A DNA stretch of 64,000 nt from IMG/VR virus record IMGVR_UViG_3300036861_000995. One strand, given 5' to 3'. The translations under genes were made by a program, and so were the position numbers. This DNA comes from a virus. A model generated the notes under the pieces. That model ran no database searches, was not told the origin of the DNA, and worked only from the letters and a program-made list of their open reading frames with translations. Shown here piece after piece: positions 46,966 through 55,763 of this stretch (position 1 is its first letter; the number at the start of each line of letters is the position of its first letter).

Positions 46966-47373
46966 ATGGCTACCGTGAGGGGGGTGTTCCTGCTGCTGGC
47001 GGCCCTGGCCGCCTCCTGCGCCGCGTACCCGCGCCACGACCCTCCCCTTGCGGAGCCACCTCTACAGGACCTCCCGAGCCCCGGCCTGGACGTCGAGATT
47101 CGCGTGGCGGATCTCGATCCGCAGGGACTGCTCGGTCAGTCCGAGCTCATCGACGGAAGATTCGTCATCACCCTGGACGACGACCTGTCGCCCGAGATGC
47201 GCACCGAGGTCCTAGTGCACGAGTGGGCGCACCTCCTGGTGTGGGGAGCCAGCGACCAGTTCGGCGATCACGGCCCGACCTGGGGCGTCGCCTACGCTTG
47301 GGTCTACAGGTGCGTCGTCGATCCGGATCCAGGGCGCGGCGGCAGCGGCGAGTCCGAGGGAGAGAGCGAGTAG
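46966..47373 (+). CDS. small lipoprotein/secreted protein with HExxH zinc-metallopeptidase motif (HEWAH)
   Basis: Signal peptide MATVRGVFLLLAALAASC; GAGGAGGA RBS; divergent from recombinase. Confidence 0.5.
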   Translation: MATVRGVFLLLAALAASCAAYPRHDPPLAEPPLQDLPSPGLDVEIRVADLDPQGLLGQSELIDGRFVITLDDDLSPEMRTEVLVHEWAHLLVWGASDQFGDHGPTWGVAYAWVYRCVVDPDPGRGGSGESEGESE

Positions 47374-47543
47374 TGCGCGGCGAAGCGCTCAAATAGCTCC
47401 TCGCCCTCGGGACCTAGGCTGATCGCCGCCTCTCGTGCTTGTCGGCAGCTCTCCCTTCCCCGTCGGTAGGCACCCGGATCGTCCGACATGGCGTAGTACC
47501 AGTCGAGCGTCATCAGGTGATCGTACAGCTCGACCAGGGTCAT
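47304..47543 (-). CDS. hypothetical small protein (79 aa)
   Basis: ORF with codon bias. Confidence 0.3.
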   Translation of the reverse strand: MTLVELYDHLMTLDWYYAMSDDPGAYRRGRESCRQAREAAISLGPEGEELFERFAAHYSLSPSDSPLPPRPGSGSTTHL

Positions 47544-47773
47544 CCGTTGCTCCTGCGCCTTTGATTGATCTCGTCCTGCGTCAAGAGCGCCGCGCGAGTC
47601 GCCTCTCGCGAGGAGAGAAGAGTCTGCGTCAGCGCCAGGGCTTCTAAGCGCTCGAGGCCGTTGGAGACCAGCGACTTGAACACGGCCGCGTAGAAGCCGA
47701 CCACCTGGTCGCAGTACGCGGCCTGGGCCTGGTCGTTCTGCGCCGCGAGGCGCGCGATGTCGTCGGGCGTCAT
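47540..47773 (-). CDS. hypothetical small protein (77 aa)
   Basis: ORF with codon bias, stop/start overlap with neighbours. Confidence 0.35.
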   Translation of the reverse strand: MTPDDIARLAAQNDQAQAAYCDQVVGFYAAVFKSLVSNGLERLEALALTQTLLSSREATRAALLTQDEINQRRRSNG

Positions 47774-48075
47774 GGTCCTACCTCCGCGTACTCATCCTGA
47801 TCGTCTGCGCCGGCCAGCATGATCCTCACCCAGCCCTCGGCTCGTCCCGGGGTGACCCAAGGAAGGTATAAATGTACCTCGGCCACCCTCTCGGTGCAGA
47901 AGTCCCCTCGGATCTGCACGTAGTCGCCCACCCTGGGAACCACGTGCCACGCCCCGCGCCAGACGCACTTTGCGTCCGGCGAGCCCAGCTCGCGTCGTAT
48001 CCAGAACTCGAGGAGCACCGCACTCAATCCCCCCGCGCAGCGCGTGCCTTGGGCAGAGTCCTCGACAGGTCGCAC
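47770..48075 (-). CDS. hypothetical protein (101 aa)
   Basis: ORF with codon bias. Confidence 0.35.
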   Translation of the reverse strand: MRPVEDSAQGTRCAGGLSAVLLEFWIRRELGSPDAKCVWRGAWHVVPRVGDYVQIRGDFCTERVAEVHLYLPWVTPGRAEGWVRIMLAGADDQDEYAEVGP

Positions 48076-49385
48076 GACTCGAGTAGTCCGAACACGTCGA
48101 CCCGCGGGTCGGTCGGCTGCTGGCTAGTCGCGGCGGAGTACCAGCACAGCAGGTCTACTCCCGACGCCTCGGCCGTCCTGCGGATGCCTCGGTAGAGCTC
48201 TCCCATCCACTCCGTTCGCTGCGCGTCGATCGCCGCTCGGCGCCAGGGGTGGGAGCCGGCTATGAGCGACTGCCCGGCCTCGTAGCATGCGAAGTAGGGC
48301 ACGTCGTAGGCTTGGCGGATCTCGTCGTGGCGCTTCAGCGGGCCACCGTTCTCTCCGATGTCCTCCAGACGAGCGAGGCAGCTTGAGCGTAGCTCGTCCT
48401 GCGTCGGAATGGCCCCAGTGGCCTCCCACTCCTCCTTGTGGGCCTTCAGGGGAGTCACGTAGAGCGCCGGGCCGGCGAGGTCGGGGGTAATTCCGCGAAC
48501 CTGGAGAGCAGAGAGTATTCGGTCCAGGTGGGACGGCACAGCCAGTTGACCGCCGACGAACAGGTAGTAGTTCTTCTGCCCCAGAAGGTCCGGCTCGCCG
48601 AAGACTCGGTCGGCGACGCGCTTCATCATCGTGATCTCGTCCGCGGCGCGGTCATACCAGGTATAGCCCGAGATTGAGTAGCCGTCTCGCAGCCAGCGTT
48701 GGACCGGGAACGCAGAGTTCCAGAGCTCGTTCCCGTACTCTAGGATCGGAGGTCGGCTCAGCATCCCGTCGATCGACCGCAGTAGCTCCTCGAGTCGGCG
48801 CTCGTACTCCTCCGCGGGTAGATCGTAGCGAGGGGGCGCGTTCCACCAGAGCGAGCACTGGAGGATCCTCGCAGCGTGGGCTTGCATTGTGGCGGCCATT
48901 CCTCGGTCTCCGCCCTGCAGCGCGTCGCTGGAATTCACGCTGCTCGCGGACCAGTCAGTCTTTCGATTTACCATCGACCAGTCGAGCGTGCGCAGGACTC
49001 TGGGTCGAAAGTAGGCCAGAGCCTCCACGGACGGTCGATGCCACCAGCCTGTACTCTCGGACCGAGGATAGAGGCCGCGAGGCCTCTCGATCCCGCGCCA
49101 GTACAGGTAGTAGGCCTCGCCCTGGCGCATCCGTACCGACCCCCCGTAGCCGGACGCGATCTCGAGGTCCGGCATGGTGCCCTCCATGTCGCCGAACACC
49201 CGGACGCCGTTCCAGCGACCGTCGTCGACGGGCCAGCCGTCCGCGCCGAGCGTGGAGGGCTCGCCTGTCGGGGTGCCGTCTTCTCGGAAGACCTCGAACA
49301 TCCTCCCGCGCCTCACCGGGTTCGCGAAGAGGGGAAGTCTCGAGGTCCAGCCGCAGAAGGACGGGTTCAGGCCGTAGTGCGTCAT
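48024..49385 (-). CDS. putative TIM-barrel glycoside hydrolase (clan GH-A-like, ~453 aa)
   Basis: Start MTHYGLNPSF; candidate acid/base motif YGNELWN and later CYEAGQ; Trp/Tyr-rich. Confidence 0.4.
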   Translation of the reverse strand: MTHYGLNPSFCGWTSRLPLFANPVRRGRMFEVFREDGTPTGEPSTLGADGWPVDDGRWNGVRVFGDMEGTMPDLEIASGYGGSVRMRQGEAYYLYWRGIERPRGLYPRSESTGWWHRPSVEALAYFRPRVLRTLDWSMVNRKTDWSASSVNSSDALQGGDRGMAATMQAHAARILQCSLWWNAPPRYDLPAEEYERRLEELLRSIDGMLSRPPILEYGNELWNSAFPVQRWLRDGYSISGYTWYDRAADEITMMKRVADRVFGEPDLLGQKNYYLFVGGQLAVPSHLDRILSALQVRGITPDLAGPALYVTPLKAHKEEWEATGAIPTQDELRSSCLARLEDIGENGGPLKRHDEIRQAYDVPYFACYEAGQSLIAGSHPWRRAAIDAQRTEWMGELYRGIRRTAEASGVDLLCWYSAATSQQPTDPRVDVFGLLESCDLSRTLPKARAARGD

Positions 49386-49549
49386 TCGGAGATCGCGTTG
49401 GAGAAGCAGTCGGAGCAGAGGCGCCGCGTCACCCACTCGCCGAGCTTCTTCGTTCGGACCAAGTAGCCGTGCCCGACGGTCCGTCGGCAGTCGTCGCAGT
49501 CGAGCAGCCCGAGCAGCAGCGTGCCCTGGATGATCTGGCCGTGGCACAT
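49381..49549 (-). CDS. small zinc-ribbon protein (56 aa, MCHGQIIQG...CDDC...CSDC); paralogue of 59410-59733
   Basis: Hand translation; ATGA coupling to downstream hydrolase; below the track's length cut-off. Confidence 0.35.
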
Positions 49550-49553
49550 CGCG

Positions 49554-49958
49554 CTAGAACGCGGAGTCGTCGACGGCGGGCTTGGTGGTAGGTTCTGCGT
49601 CGTCAGACGACGCGGGAGCGGAGCCGGTGGACATGAACTCCCACTCCTCGACCGTCACCTTCAGCCTGGAGCGCTTCTGTCCGGTCGTCTTGTCGTTCCA
49701 CTCGTCGAGCGTGAGCCTGCCGCGCAGCAGGGCAGGGCTCCCCCTCTTGTGGTACCTGGCGAAGGCTTCTCCTGTCTTGCCCCAGATGGTGAACTCCACG
49801 AAGACGGCCTCCTCGACCCACTGCTCGCCGCGCTTCGTCTGTCGGTTGGAGGCTATCGAGCCCTCGCAGATCGCGGTCCCAGTCTGGAGGAACCGCACCT
49901 CCGGGTCTCTCGTCAGGTTTCCCGTCAGGAGGACTAGGTTCGTGTTCTTCTTGCTCAT
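49554..49958 (-). CDS. ssb: single-stranded DNA-binding protein
   Basis: OB-fold pattern (LVLLTGNLTRDPEVRFLQTGTAI...FVEFTIWGK), acidic C-terminal tail DDSAF. Confidence 0.8.
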   Translation of the reverse strand: MSKKNTNLVLLTGNLTRDPEVRFLQTGTAICEGSIASNRQTKRGEQWVEEAVFVEFTIWGKTGEAFARYHKRGSPALLRGRLTLDEWNDKTTGQKRSRLKVTVEEWEFMSTGSAPASSDDAEPTTKPAVDDSAF

Positions 49959-50302
49959 GGCGTCACCAGCTTCGGCACGTGGATTTCGGTGCCGATGTCT
50001 CGCAGCACTAGCGCGTGGATCTCGTCGGCCGGCCCGACCTGCTCGCCCCTTGCGGAGGTCAGGATGGCCTGCAGACCGCTGAACGTGCGGCACACGCCGT
50101 CGCGGGCGAGCTCGAGGTGTATTGCGGGCACGGCGCCGAGCGGGCCAGCCCAAACCTCCTCGACCACGACTAGGCCGGAAGTCCGACCTCCGGGATCGAC
50201 GAGTTCCAGCCTGGACCCGCGCTCCACCATTGTCGGCCCTAGCCCGAAGATCACGGAGACCTTACGACTGTGACCTACCTGGTCGGTAGACAGGCGCTTC
50301 AC
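49955..50302 (-). CDS. hypothetical protein (115 aa)
   Basis: ORF with codon bias; coupled to ssb. Confidence 0.4.
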   Translation of the reverse strand: MKRLSTDQVGHSRKVSVIFGLGPTMVERGSRLELVDPGGRTSGLVVVEEVWAGPLGAVPAIHLELARDGVCRTFSGLQAILTSARGEQVGPADEIHALVLRDIGTEIHVPKLVTP

Positions 50303-50670
50303 GAGGCGGTCGAGGGCCTGCCGACGGGTCGCATCCGAGCTCCGCCGCGCCTCGCGATCTCGCGCACCGTGTCTCGGCCGATCCCGTGCTGAGCTGCGAT
50401 CATGTCTAGGGGCTCCCCCGCTTCGTATCGAGCGGTGATCCCGATGGCCTCGTGAGGGGTCACCCGCCTGTAGGCGCGGGCCTTCCTGGTCTTTCTTGCG
50501 TTCGTCTTCACGTTTCCCTGGTCTGGATGGAATCGGGCCGAGGTGATGGAGACGCGATGCGGGCCCGAACGGCCGCGTCCTTGGACTCTAGCAGCTTGCG
50601 CAGAGCGACGTCGCGCTCGGCAGATGGCTCGAGGATCGAGTCGAGCCACTCCGCGACCTTCCTGTAGCAC
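50299..50670 (-). CDS. possible small HTH DNA-binding protein (start uncertain)
   Basis: C-terminal EPLDMIAAQHGIGRDTVREIARRG helix-turn-helix-like; overlaps 76-aa ORF in another frame, so one of the two may be spurious. Confidence 0.3.
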   Translation of the reverse strand: MLQEGRGVARLDPRAICRARRRSAQAARVQGRGRSGPHRVSITSARFHPDQGNVKTNARKTRKARAYRRVTPHEAIGITARYEAGEPLDMIAAQHGIGRDTVREIARRGGARMRPVGRPSTAS

Positions 50671-50738
50671 CCGGAGACTTCCTGCAGGTGCGGGGGCAGG
50701 TGGGCGTACTCGAACCAGCGGAGCAGCGGGTCAGTCAC
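50508..50738 (-). CDS. hypothetical protein (76 aa)
   Basis: GTG start with GGAGG RBS, GTGA overlap with upstream gene. Confidence 0.4.
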   Translation of the reverse strand: MTDPLLRWFEYAHLPPHLQEVSGCYRKVAEWLDSILEPSAERDVALRKLLESKDAAVRARIASPSPRPDSIQTRET

Positions 50739-51013
50739 GGGTTAGCCTCCTGCACCATCTCGACGTTTCTCGCGTAGCCGCAGATGTCCACGAGATTGTC
50801 GCGGTTCGCCTTGTTCGCGTCGCGGCTGACCTTGAGCAGCACCATCATCAGGCAGATGTCTCGGGCCGTCAATTCTAGGTGGACGCCGAACCTGCGATGC
50901 AGGTATGAGGCCCAGAAGGACGCGATGTTCCCGTGGTTATCTCTCGGGTGGCCGTAGTAGCGCTGCCGGTCCTCGGCGGTGATCTGGGCCGCCTCCTCCA
51001 GGATGTTTACCAT
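50735..51013 (-). CDS. hypothetical protein (92 aa), apparently leaderless
   Basis: ATG directly abutted by conserved CCGATATAGTAATAGTGGA motif. Confidence 0.5.
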   Translation of the reverse strand: MVNILEEAAQITAEDRQRYYGHPRDNHGNIASFWASYLHRRFGVHLELTARDICLMMVLLKVSRDANKANRDNLVDICGYARNVEMVQEANP

Positions 51014-51014
51014 T

Positions 51015-51032
51015 CCACTATTACTATATCGG
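51015..51032 (-). promoter_or_regulatory. conserved motif copy 4 (CCGATATAGTAATAGTGGA), 2 nt from ATG
   Basis: Read directly. Confidence 0.45.
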
Positions 51033-51070
51033 CGAGGCTCGCTCGACGGTCGAGGAAAATCCGCTCTTCT

Positions 51071-51652
51071 TCACTCAGCGACGTGAGGTGCGTCCAGATG
51101 ATCCAGGGAGCCGGGACGACCGCTCAGGTGGACGGCGCGTACTCGCGCGAAGTCAGCGAGCCTCAGTCGCAGCACCTTGACGCCGTACGCCTGGAGCCAC
51201 CTCTGCGCCTGACGTGTGAGGCGCAGGTCGATGGCCTCGGGCGCGTCGCACAGGGCGGCGCGCTCCTGCTTCATCACCACTCGACGGATGGCTGCCGAGC
51301 CGACGGCCCGCACGGCCTCCCAGCCGCTCTCGGTCTGCGCCAGGAAGAGAATGGCGTCCTGGATCTCGAACTCGAGCACGCCGCTCGCCGCCACCGTCTG
51401 GTCGTCCGCGGTCTCGAGGAGCTGCGTCGGGATGGAGATCACCTGCCGCACGACCGGGCAGTACTCGATCGGCGACATCAGCGGCCAGTAGAGGTGCCGA
51501 CCCGGGGCCAGCAGTATGGGAGTGTGCCCGTTCTTGTACTTCACGGCTCGGTGCGAGGACTGGACCACCAGGAGCCTTGGGAACGTGGAGCCGAGGAAGC
51601 GCGCGAGGTCCCCGAGCCAGGAGAGGGCAGACTCGATCATGTCGGGTCCCAC
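51071..51652 (-). CDS. hypothetical protein (193 aa)
   Basis: ORF with codon bias. Confidence 0.5.
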   Translation of the reverse strand: MGPDMIESALSWLGDLARFLGSTFPRLLVVQSSHRAVKYKNGHTPILLAPGRHLYWPLMSPIEYCPVVRQVISIPTQLLETADDQTVAASGVLEFEIQDAILFLAQTESGWEAVRAVGSAAIRRVVMKQERAALCDAPEAIDLRLTRQAQRWLQAYGVKVLRLRLADFARVRAVHLSGRPGSLDHLDAPHVAE

Positions 51653-51659
51653 CAGTTCT

Positions 51660-53027
51660 TCACTTCCCGATCCCCCACCGCTTCCGCCAGAACTCCCGCG
51701 TCTCCTGGAGTCCCTCCGGCAGTCGGCCCGTCGCCTCGTAGCGCCAGCCTTGCGCCATCGCGACCCCGCCCTGTACCGGGACCGGCGTCAACTGGAGCGC
51801 TCCGCCGTGCACCTCGACCAGGCCCCAGCCGCGGCTCCAGGCGGGGTTTGGGCCCTCGACGTAGTGGCGCGCGGCCTGGTCGATCACGCCGCCCGGCAGC
51901 GTCATCCACTGCTCGTCCCTGAGGGCGAAGGTGGCTCCCATCGCGAGCTGGTGGCGGTGCACGTGGCCGCTGACGCCGGACTGGCCCCAGGAGGCAAGCT
52001 CTCCGTGTGCGGGGTGAGTGCCTAGCCGAGTCCCGTGCGTCACGAGCAGGCGGTCCCACAGGCGCAGGGCGGGACGCTGGTCCTCCCCCGGGGCGAGGAA
52101 GGAGCCGGACGGGGCCAGCTCGACGTCGAGTCCCTGGAGATCCATCAGCTCGTCGATCCGCATCGACCGCAGGTTCGCTAGAGCCGGCGCGACCTGGGTC
52201 AGGTACGAGACCATGCGCTTCCAGAAGTGGTTGTCCGGCACGAGCACGAACCGCGACCCTGGGCAGGCCTCCCGCATCTCGCGCATCGCGCCGCGCTGCG
52301 CGTCGAGCTCCTCCTGCAGCGGCACGGTGAACCCCGGGACCTTCGGGTGGCGGCTGATCTCGGAGCCGTCGACGTGGTCTCCGACCCAGAGCACGGCGTC
52401 CGGCTGCGCGTCCTCGGCGAACGCGAGCGCCGATAGCCAGGCCGCGGGATCCATCAGAAGCGAGTGCGTGTCCCCGATCGCCAGCGCGAGCCGGGAGCCC
52501 GAGGTCGCCCGCGAGAGTTCCGGGAACTTGTCGACGTGCGGCAGGAGCCAGCGCCGTGCGTAGCGCGCGTCGTGCGCCTTCTGGGACTTCTCGGTGCGAG
52601 CCGCGAGCAGCGCTCGGTCGCCCGTAGTCTGGGCGAGCCCGGCCATCTGCTTGACGTGCTCGAAGCGTCCGTGCTCGAGGAGGAACTCTACCGGGAAGTG
52701 GCCGTAGAGCTCGTACCGTCTCCTGGAGATGGCGCGGAACTCGTGCCAGGGGTTGGTGTCCTCATCCTCGGCCACCCGCACCACGTCGGCGAGGATGTCC
52801 TCCAGCGAGGGCCTGCTTCTCGACTTGCCGGCCCTCTCTCGCTCGATTCGCGCCTCGTCGCGGGCTTTTCTGTCCTTGAGCTTGGCCAGCTCCCTGGGGT
52901 TCTTGACGACCTCCTCGGGTGCCGAGAGGAATCTCTCGGCTATGCTCTTTTTCCTAGTGGATTTTCCAGCCAAGGCAGCTCTCGAGGTGCCGAAGGATTG
53001 ACTTGTACTGCCTGACCGGACCCCCAA
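51660..53027 (-). CDS. calcineurin-like metallophosphoesterase (start possibly downstream)
   Basis: Motifs IGDTHS, VGDHVDG, VPDNHF, GHVHRHQ. Confidence 0.75.
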   Translation of the reverse strand: MGVRSGSTSQSFGTSRAALAGKSTRKKSIAERFLSAPEEVVKNPRELAKLKDRKARDEARIERERAGKSRSRPSLEDILADVVRVAEDEDTNPWHEFRAISRRRYELYGHFPVEFLLEHGRFEHVKQMAGLAQTTGDRALLAARTEKSQKAHDARYARRWLLPHVDKFPELSRATSGSRLALAIGDTHSLLMDPAAWLSALAFAEDAQPDAVLWVGDHVDGSEISRHPKVPGFTVPLQEELDAQRGAMREMREACPGSRFVLVPDNHFWKRMVSYLTQVAPALANLRSMRIDELMDLQGLDVELAPSGSFLAPGEDQRPALRLWDRLLVTHGTRLGTHPAHGELASWGQSGVSGHVHRHQLAMGATFALRDEQWMTLPGGVIDQAARHYVEGPNPAWSRGWGLVEVHGGALQLTPVPVQGGVAMAQGWRYEATGRLPEGLQETREFWRKRWGIGK

Positions 53028-53223
53028 GCTCTCTCAGAAGTAGGCGCAGGAAGGTGCTCCACTGCGCCGAGGACCCGCCGCGCCTGGCCTCGTTGAATAG
53101 CCGGCACTCCCTCTCCAGGGTAGCTCGACCCCTGAAGGCGCACGACCGGCACTTCGCCCCGCCGTAGTCGGGCGCGGCCGAGGCGGAGTCCAGGAATCTT
53201 CGCGCGAGGGAGCGGGGAGCCAC
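52954..53223 (-). CDS. hypothetical Cys-containing small protein (89 aa)
   Basis: High GC3 (~85%) by hand count. Confidence 0.4.
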   Translation of the reverse strand: MAPRSLARRFLDSASAAPDYGGAKCRSCAFRGRATLERECRLFNEARRGGSSAQWSTFLRLLLRELGGPVRQYKSILRHLESCLGWKIH

Positions 53224-53247
53224 GTCGACCTGGAGAATACCACGATA

Positions 53248-53799
53248 CTAGAATCTAGGCCAGCAGCGCGTCTCGGCGACGCCCTCCCACGTCTCGGGCG
53301 GCGTCACCTCGGGCAGTCTCGGCCTCAGCGGAGCTTCCATCTGGCCCAAGATCCTGGAGAAGAAGGCCGTCGCCCGGTGTCGGTTGTCGACATTGTTCCA
53401 CCACCGCGACCGACCCGAGGGGTGCGGCGCGATCCAGACCCTGCAGATATCCCACCCTCCTCGCCCGTTCGGGACCGTCGGGCAGACCGAGGAGAAGTAC
53501 GGCGCAGCGTGCAGCGCGTCGAGGTGCGGCGACAGGCCGGCGAAGGAGCGAGCCACTCGCCTGCCCAGCAGGAGGACCTCGCGCGAGGCGATCACGCTCT
53601 CGTAAAGCTGTCGGGCCGAGGCCCTGGCGAGGGACGCGGGCCAACCAGACGCGGAGTCCGGCGCCCTGGACACCAGGTTGATGGCGTCGAAGCTCTGCCC
53701 GTGCATCAGCCTCTCGATCCTGGCCCCCGACGCGGTCGTCGGCTCGAGCACCCCGCTCCTCGCGTCCGAGGGCGACTCCCCGATTATTAGGACGCGCAC
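53248..53799 (-). CDS. uracil-DNA glycosylase-superfamily-like protein
   Basis: Motif A-like VLIIGESPS and motif B-like IAPHPSGRS. Confidence 0.45.
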   Translation of the reverse strand: MRVLIIGESPSDARSGVLEPTTASGARIERLMHGQSFDAINLVSRAPDSASGWPASLARASARQLYESVIASREVLLLGRRVARSFAGLSPHLDALHAAPYFSSVCPTVPNGRGGWDICRVWIAPHPSGRSRWWNNVDNRHRATAFFSRILGQMEAPLRPRLPEVTPPETWEGVAETRCWPRF

Positions 53800-53804
53800 G
53801 ACGA

Positions 53805-54362
53805 CTAGTGCCCCTCCATGATTACGGGCATTATGGCCCCGCGCTCCGGTCCGCCACCCGCCGGGGAGACCTCCGCAGGCTCGGGACCCGCCCTGCCCTT
53901 CTCGTCCGCCACGAACCGAATCCTCAGCTCGTCGGACCCGAGAGCGCGCGCGAGTCGGTAGAGCGCCTCCGCGTCGAGTGTGATCTCGACGGAGCCCGCC
54001 AGGCTCTCCTCCGCGAGCTGAATGAGGAGCTCGGCGCTCGGCACCTCCAGGGTAGAGCTGGCGGAAGGGGGGAATGACATCCGAGGACCGTCGACGCCGC
54101 TCGTCGCTACCTGCCTGCCGTCTGGCTCCAGTCTCAGGGTCCCGGTCCCCCGCGAGCCTCGAGCCGCGTGCTCCCAGGCGCGCGGCGAGATCAGGGTTCC
54201 GTCGGCCAGGTTCTCACCGGGCTCGATGCCCGCGGGTACCGAGGCGGCTATCGTGCCGTCCGTGGCCAGGATCCTGCCTTCGGCGACTCTCAGGACGTTG
54301 AGCCGGAGCTCCGCGTCCTCGCCGGCGGCGAGGTGGAGCTTGTGTCGCTTCTCGACCCTCAC
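53805..54362 (-). CDS. hypothetical protein (185 aa)
   Basis: ORF with codon bias. Confidence 0.45.
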   Translation of the reverse strand: MRVEKRHKLHLAAGEDAELRLNVLRVAEGRILATDGTIAASVPAGIEPGENLADGTLISPRAWEHAARGSRGTGTLRLEPDGRQVATSGVDGPRMSFPPSASSTLEVPSAELLIQLAEESLAGSVEITLDAEALYRLARALGSDELRIRFVADEKGRAGPEPAEVSPAGGGPERGAIMPVIMEGH

Positions 54363-54922
54363 AGGCCGATTCCCAGGCTGACCAGGAACGCGCCGGAGTC
54401 CAGGTCGGTGTCCTCGTCGTCGTCCCCGAGCTCCTCCTCAACGCCGGCCGTTCGGCGGTAGGAGAACCCGAGCAGGAGCCCGCTCGAGAGCGCGAACTCG
54501 ACCCCCGCCCCCACGTACACGCCGGGGATGACGGCCGTCGCCGAGGACGCCTCGTCGTCGAGGTGGATGCGCTGAATCGTGACGCCGAGGCCGGCGAACG
54601 GTCGGTAGAAGTCGGAGCCGGAGTCGACGTAGAGGCGCGTTCCGACGTCCAGCTCGATCCGGCTTCCGGTCAGGTCCGCGGCTCCGAGGTCGTCCTGGAT
54701 CCTCGTCCCGCGCAGCGCCATGTCCGCGACCCAGCCGAGAGGTCGAGTCGAGTCTCGGAAGCTCAGGCCGACCCCCGCCGTCTGCTGGGAGCTCACGCCC
54801 CCCTCCTCGGTGAAGTCCGCTACGCCAGCCTCCGCGCGGGCCTGAAGGTGTCCAGGGGAGCTGCAGCCCGTCGGTACGGCCGTCAGCAGCAGGGCGATCA
54901 GCTCGTGTCTCTCCACTCTCAT
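54359..54922 (-). CDS. outer-membrane beta-barrel (OmpA/OmpW-like) protein with signal peptide
   Basis: N-terminal signal (LIALLLTAVPTGC); alternating hydrophobic beta-strand pattern; Gly/aromatic-rich. Confidence 0.45.
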   Translation of the reverse strand: MRVERHELIALLLTAVPTGCSSPGHLQARAEAGVADFTEEGGVSSQQTAGVGLSFRDSTRPLGWVADMALRGTRIQDDLGAADLTGSRIELDVGTRLYVDSGSDFYRPFAGLGVTIQRIHLDDEASSATAVIPGVYVGAGVEFALSSGLLLGFSYRRTAGVEEELGDDDEDTDLDSGAFLVSLGIGL

Positions 54923-55008
54923 TCGCGTGTACTCCTTTTCTCCTGTAAGAGGGCGGTCAAATCGTACCCTCCATTTTCGGACAACGCGGGGGCTCGACTG
55001 TTGGCATT

Positions 55009-55302
55009 TCAGGATCCGCGCGCGAGCTTCTTGGAGCGGCGCCTGACCTCTCGGCGAGTCCTGCCGAGGGCTCGGGCGAGCTGAAGATCAGGAAGCACTC
55101 CCATGTTCCTCCGGAGGAAGGCGTCCTCGGGAGCAGTCCACGGAAGGCCCCTTCTGGGATCGTCGGGCTCGACGATCCCCAGCTCCCCGGCCACGAATCG
55201 AAGCTCCACCGGGGACATCTCGAGGGACTCGGCGAGCACCTCCAGCGGCGCTCTGCCCCACCACTCCCTCAGGTAGCGGACTTCTTGGTAGTCGAGAGGC
55301 AC
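55009..55302 (-). CDS. hypothetical small protein (97 aa)
   Basis: ORF. Confidence 0.3.
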   Translation of the reverse strand: MPLDYQEVRYLREWWGRAPLEVLAESLEMSPVELRFVAGELGIVEPDDPRRGLPWTAPEDAFLRRNMGVLPDLQLARALGRTRREVRRRSKKLARGS

Positions 55303-55763
55303 TCTGACTCGAACTCCTCGAGGGTCCTGCCGGACTCGGTAGTCCAGCTCGCGAAGACCTTTCCCCTCCCGTCGTGAAGCTTTCCGTCGGAGTCGATGGG
55401 TCCCAGTCGCCGAAGGCGTACCGCCAGGCCCTGCAGCCGAGAGTCGCGCATCGAGGGTCCTCTGGCCATGCGCACGGCGGACAGGGCGGCTTCCGCCGGT
55501 GAGTCGGCAGTGAACACGCAGGTCTCGTACTCGATGAAGTCGTCCAGTCCAGTAGCGAAGGTCGCCTCGAAAACGTGCGACCTCCTGAAGCCGATGCGCT
55601 CCAGGAACGCGGGCACGTCCGGCTCAAGACCTACCTCGCAGGCCCCGAGGAAGAGGACAACAAGCTGGTGGCCCTCCTTGGGTCTGATGTCGCCGGCGGT
55701 CGAGCGCAGGCGCTCGACGCAGTACACGTCGCCCTGCCGAGGAATGTTGCTAGAAGTGGTCAT
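55269..55763 (-). CDS. hypothetical protein (164 aa)
   Basis: ORF with codon bias. Confidence 0.4.
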   Translation of the reverse strand: MTTSSNIPRQGDVYCVERLRSTAGDIRPKEGHQLVVLFLGACEVGLEPDVPAFLERIGFRRSHVFEATFATGLDDFIEYETCVFTADSPAEAALSAVRMARGPSMRDSRLQGLAVRLRRLGPIDSDGKLHDGRGKVFASWTTESGRTLEEFESECLSTTKKSAT

